From Macrostomum lignano (Eukaryota), in assembly GCA_002269645.1 (NCBI GenBank), contig NIVC01000900.1, positions 338,117-402,116 on the forward strand: a DNA stretch of 64,000 bases. The letters are read 5' to 3'. Position 1 is the stretch's first letter. Every line of letters begins with the position of its first letter. Position numbers and translations under genes: made by a program. This document shows positions 63,957-64,000 of the stretch, piece by piece. The notes under the pieces are model-generated. The model searched no databases. It worked only from the letters and a program-made list of their open reading frames with translations, and was not told the DNA's origin.

Positions 63957-64000
63957 CTGCTTTGGTTTAGTTAATTGGTTTGTTAGGTCATCAGTTCTTT

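Overview
Animal genomic DNA with spliceosomal GT-AG introns. No prokaryotic features and no CRISPR. The gene style and extreme mini/microsatellite load suggest a free-living flatworm such as Macrostomum; this is inference only. I assembled eight protein-coding genes by hand from splice sites: a secreted PAN/apple + C-type lectin-like protein (-), an 8-exon CUB-CUB type I membrane protein (+), an F-box/LRR protein (+), sorting nexin 3/12 (+), LSM1 (+), a 7-repeat delta-type protocadherin (+), a secreted PAN-like + fibrinogen-domain protein (-), and the 3' part of an unidentified gene (-) that runs off the right edge. Mobile DNA comprises Ty3/Gypsy gag and integrase remnants, a 3.16-kb CMC/EnSpm-like element with 24-bp perfect TIRs and a 2-bp TSD, a MITE, and three copies of a tRNA-derived SINE. 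By hand tally, about one third of the window (about half beyond 20 kb) is tandem repeat in about 30 arrays, nearly each with its own unit. Most long low-complexity ORFs in the track are artefacts of these arrays. The most interesting observations are: CCAAT-box arrays directly upstream of two housekeeping genes; a tandem array of tRNA B-box/T-arm fragments starting right after the LSM1 stop; an intron made almost entirely of tandem GTAAGT donor hexamers; unpaired 3' acceptors before three co-oriented genes (possible SL trans-splicing or operon); and a receptor with two unrecognised extracellular domains. I cannot confirm a wholly new system from sequence alone.
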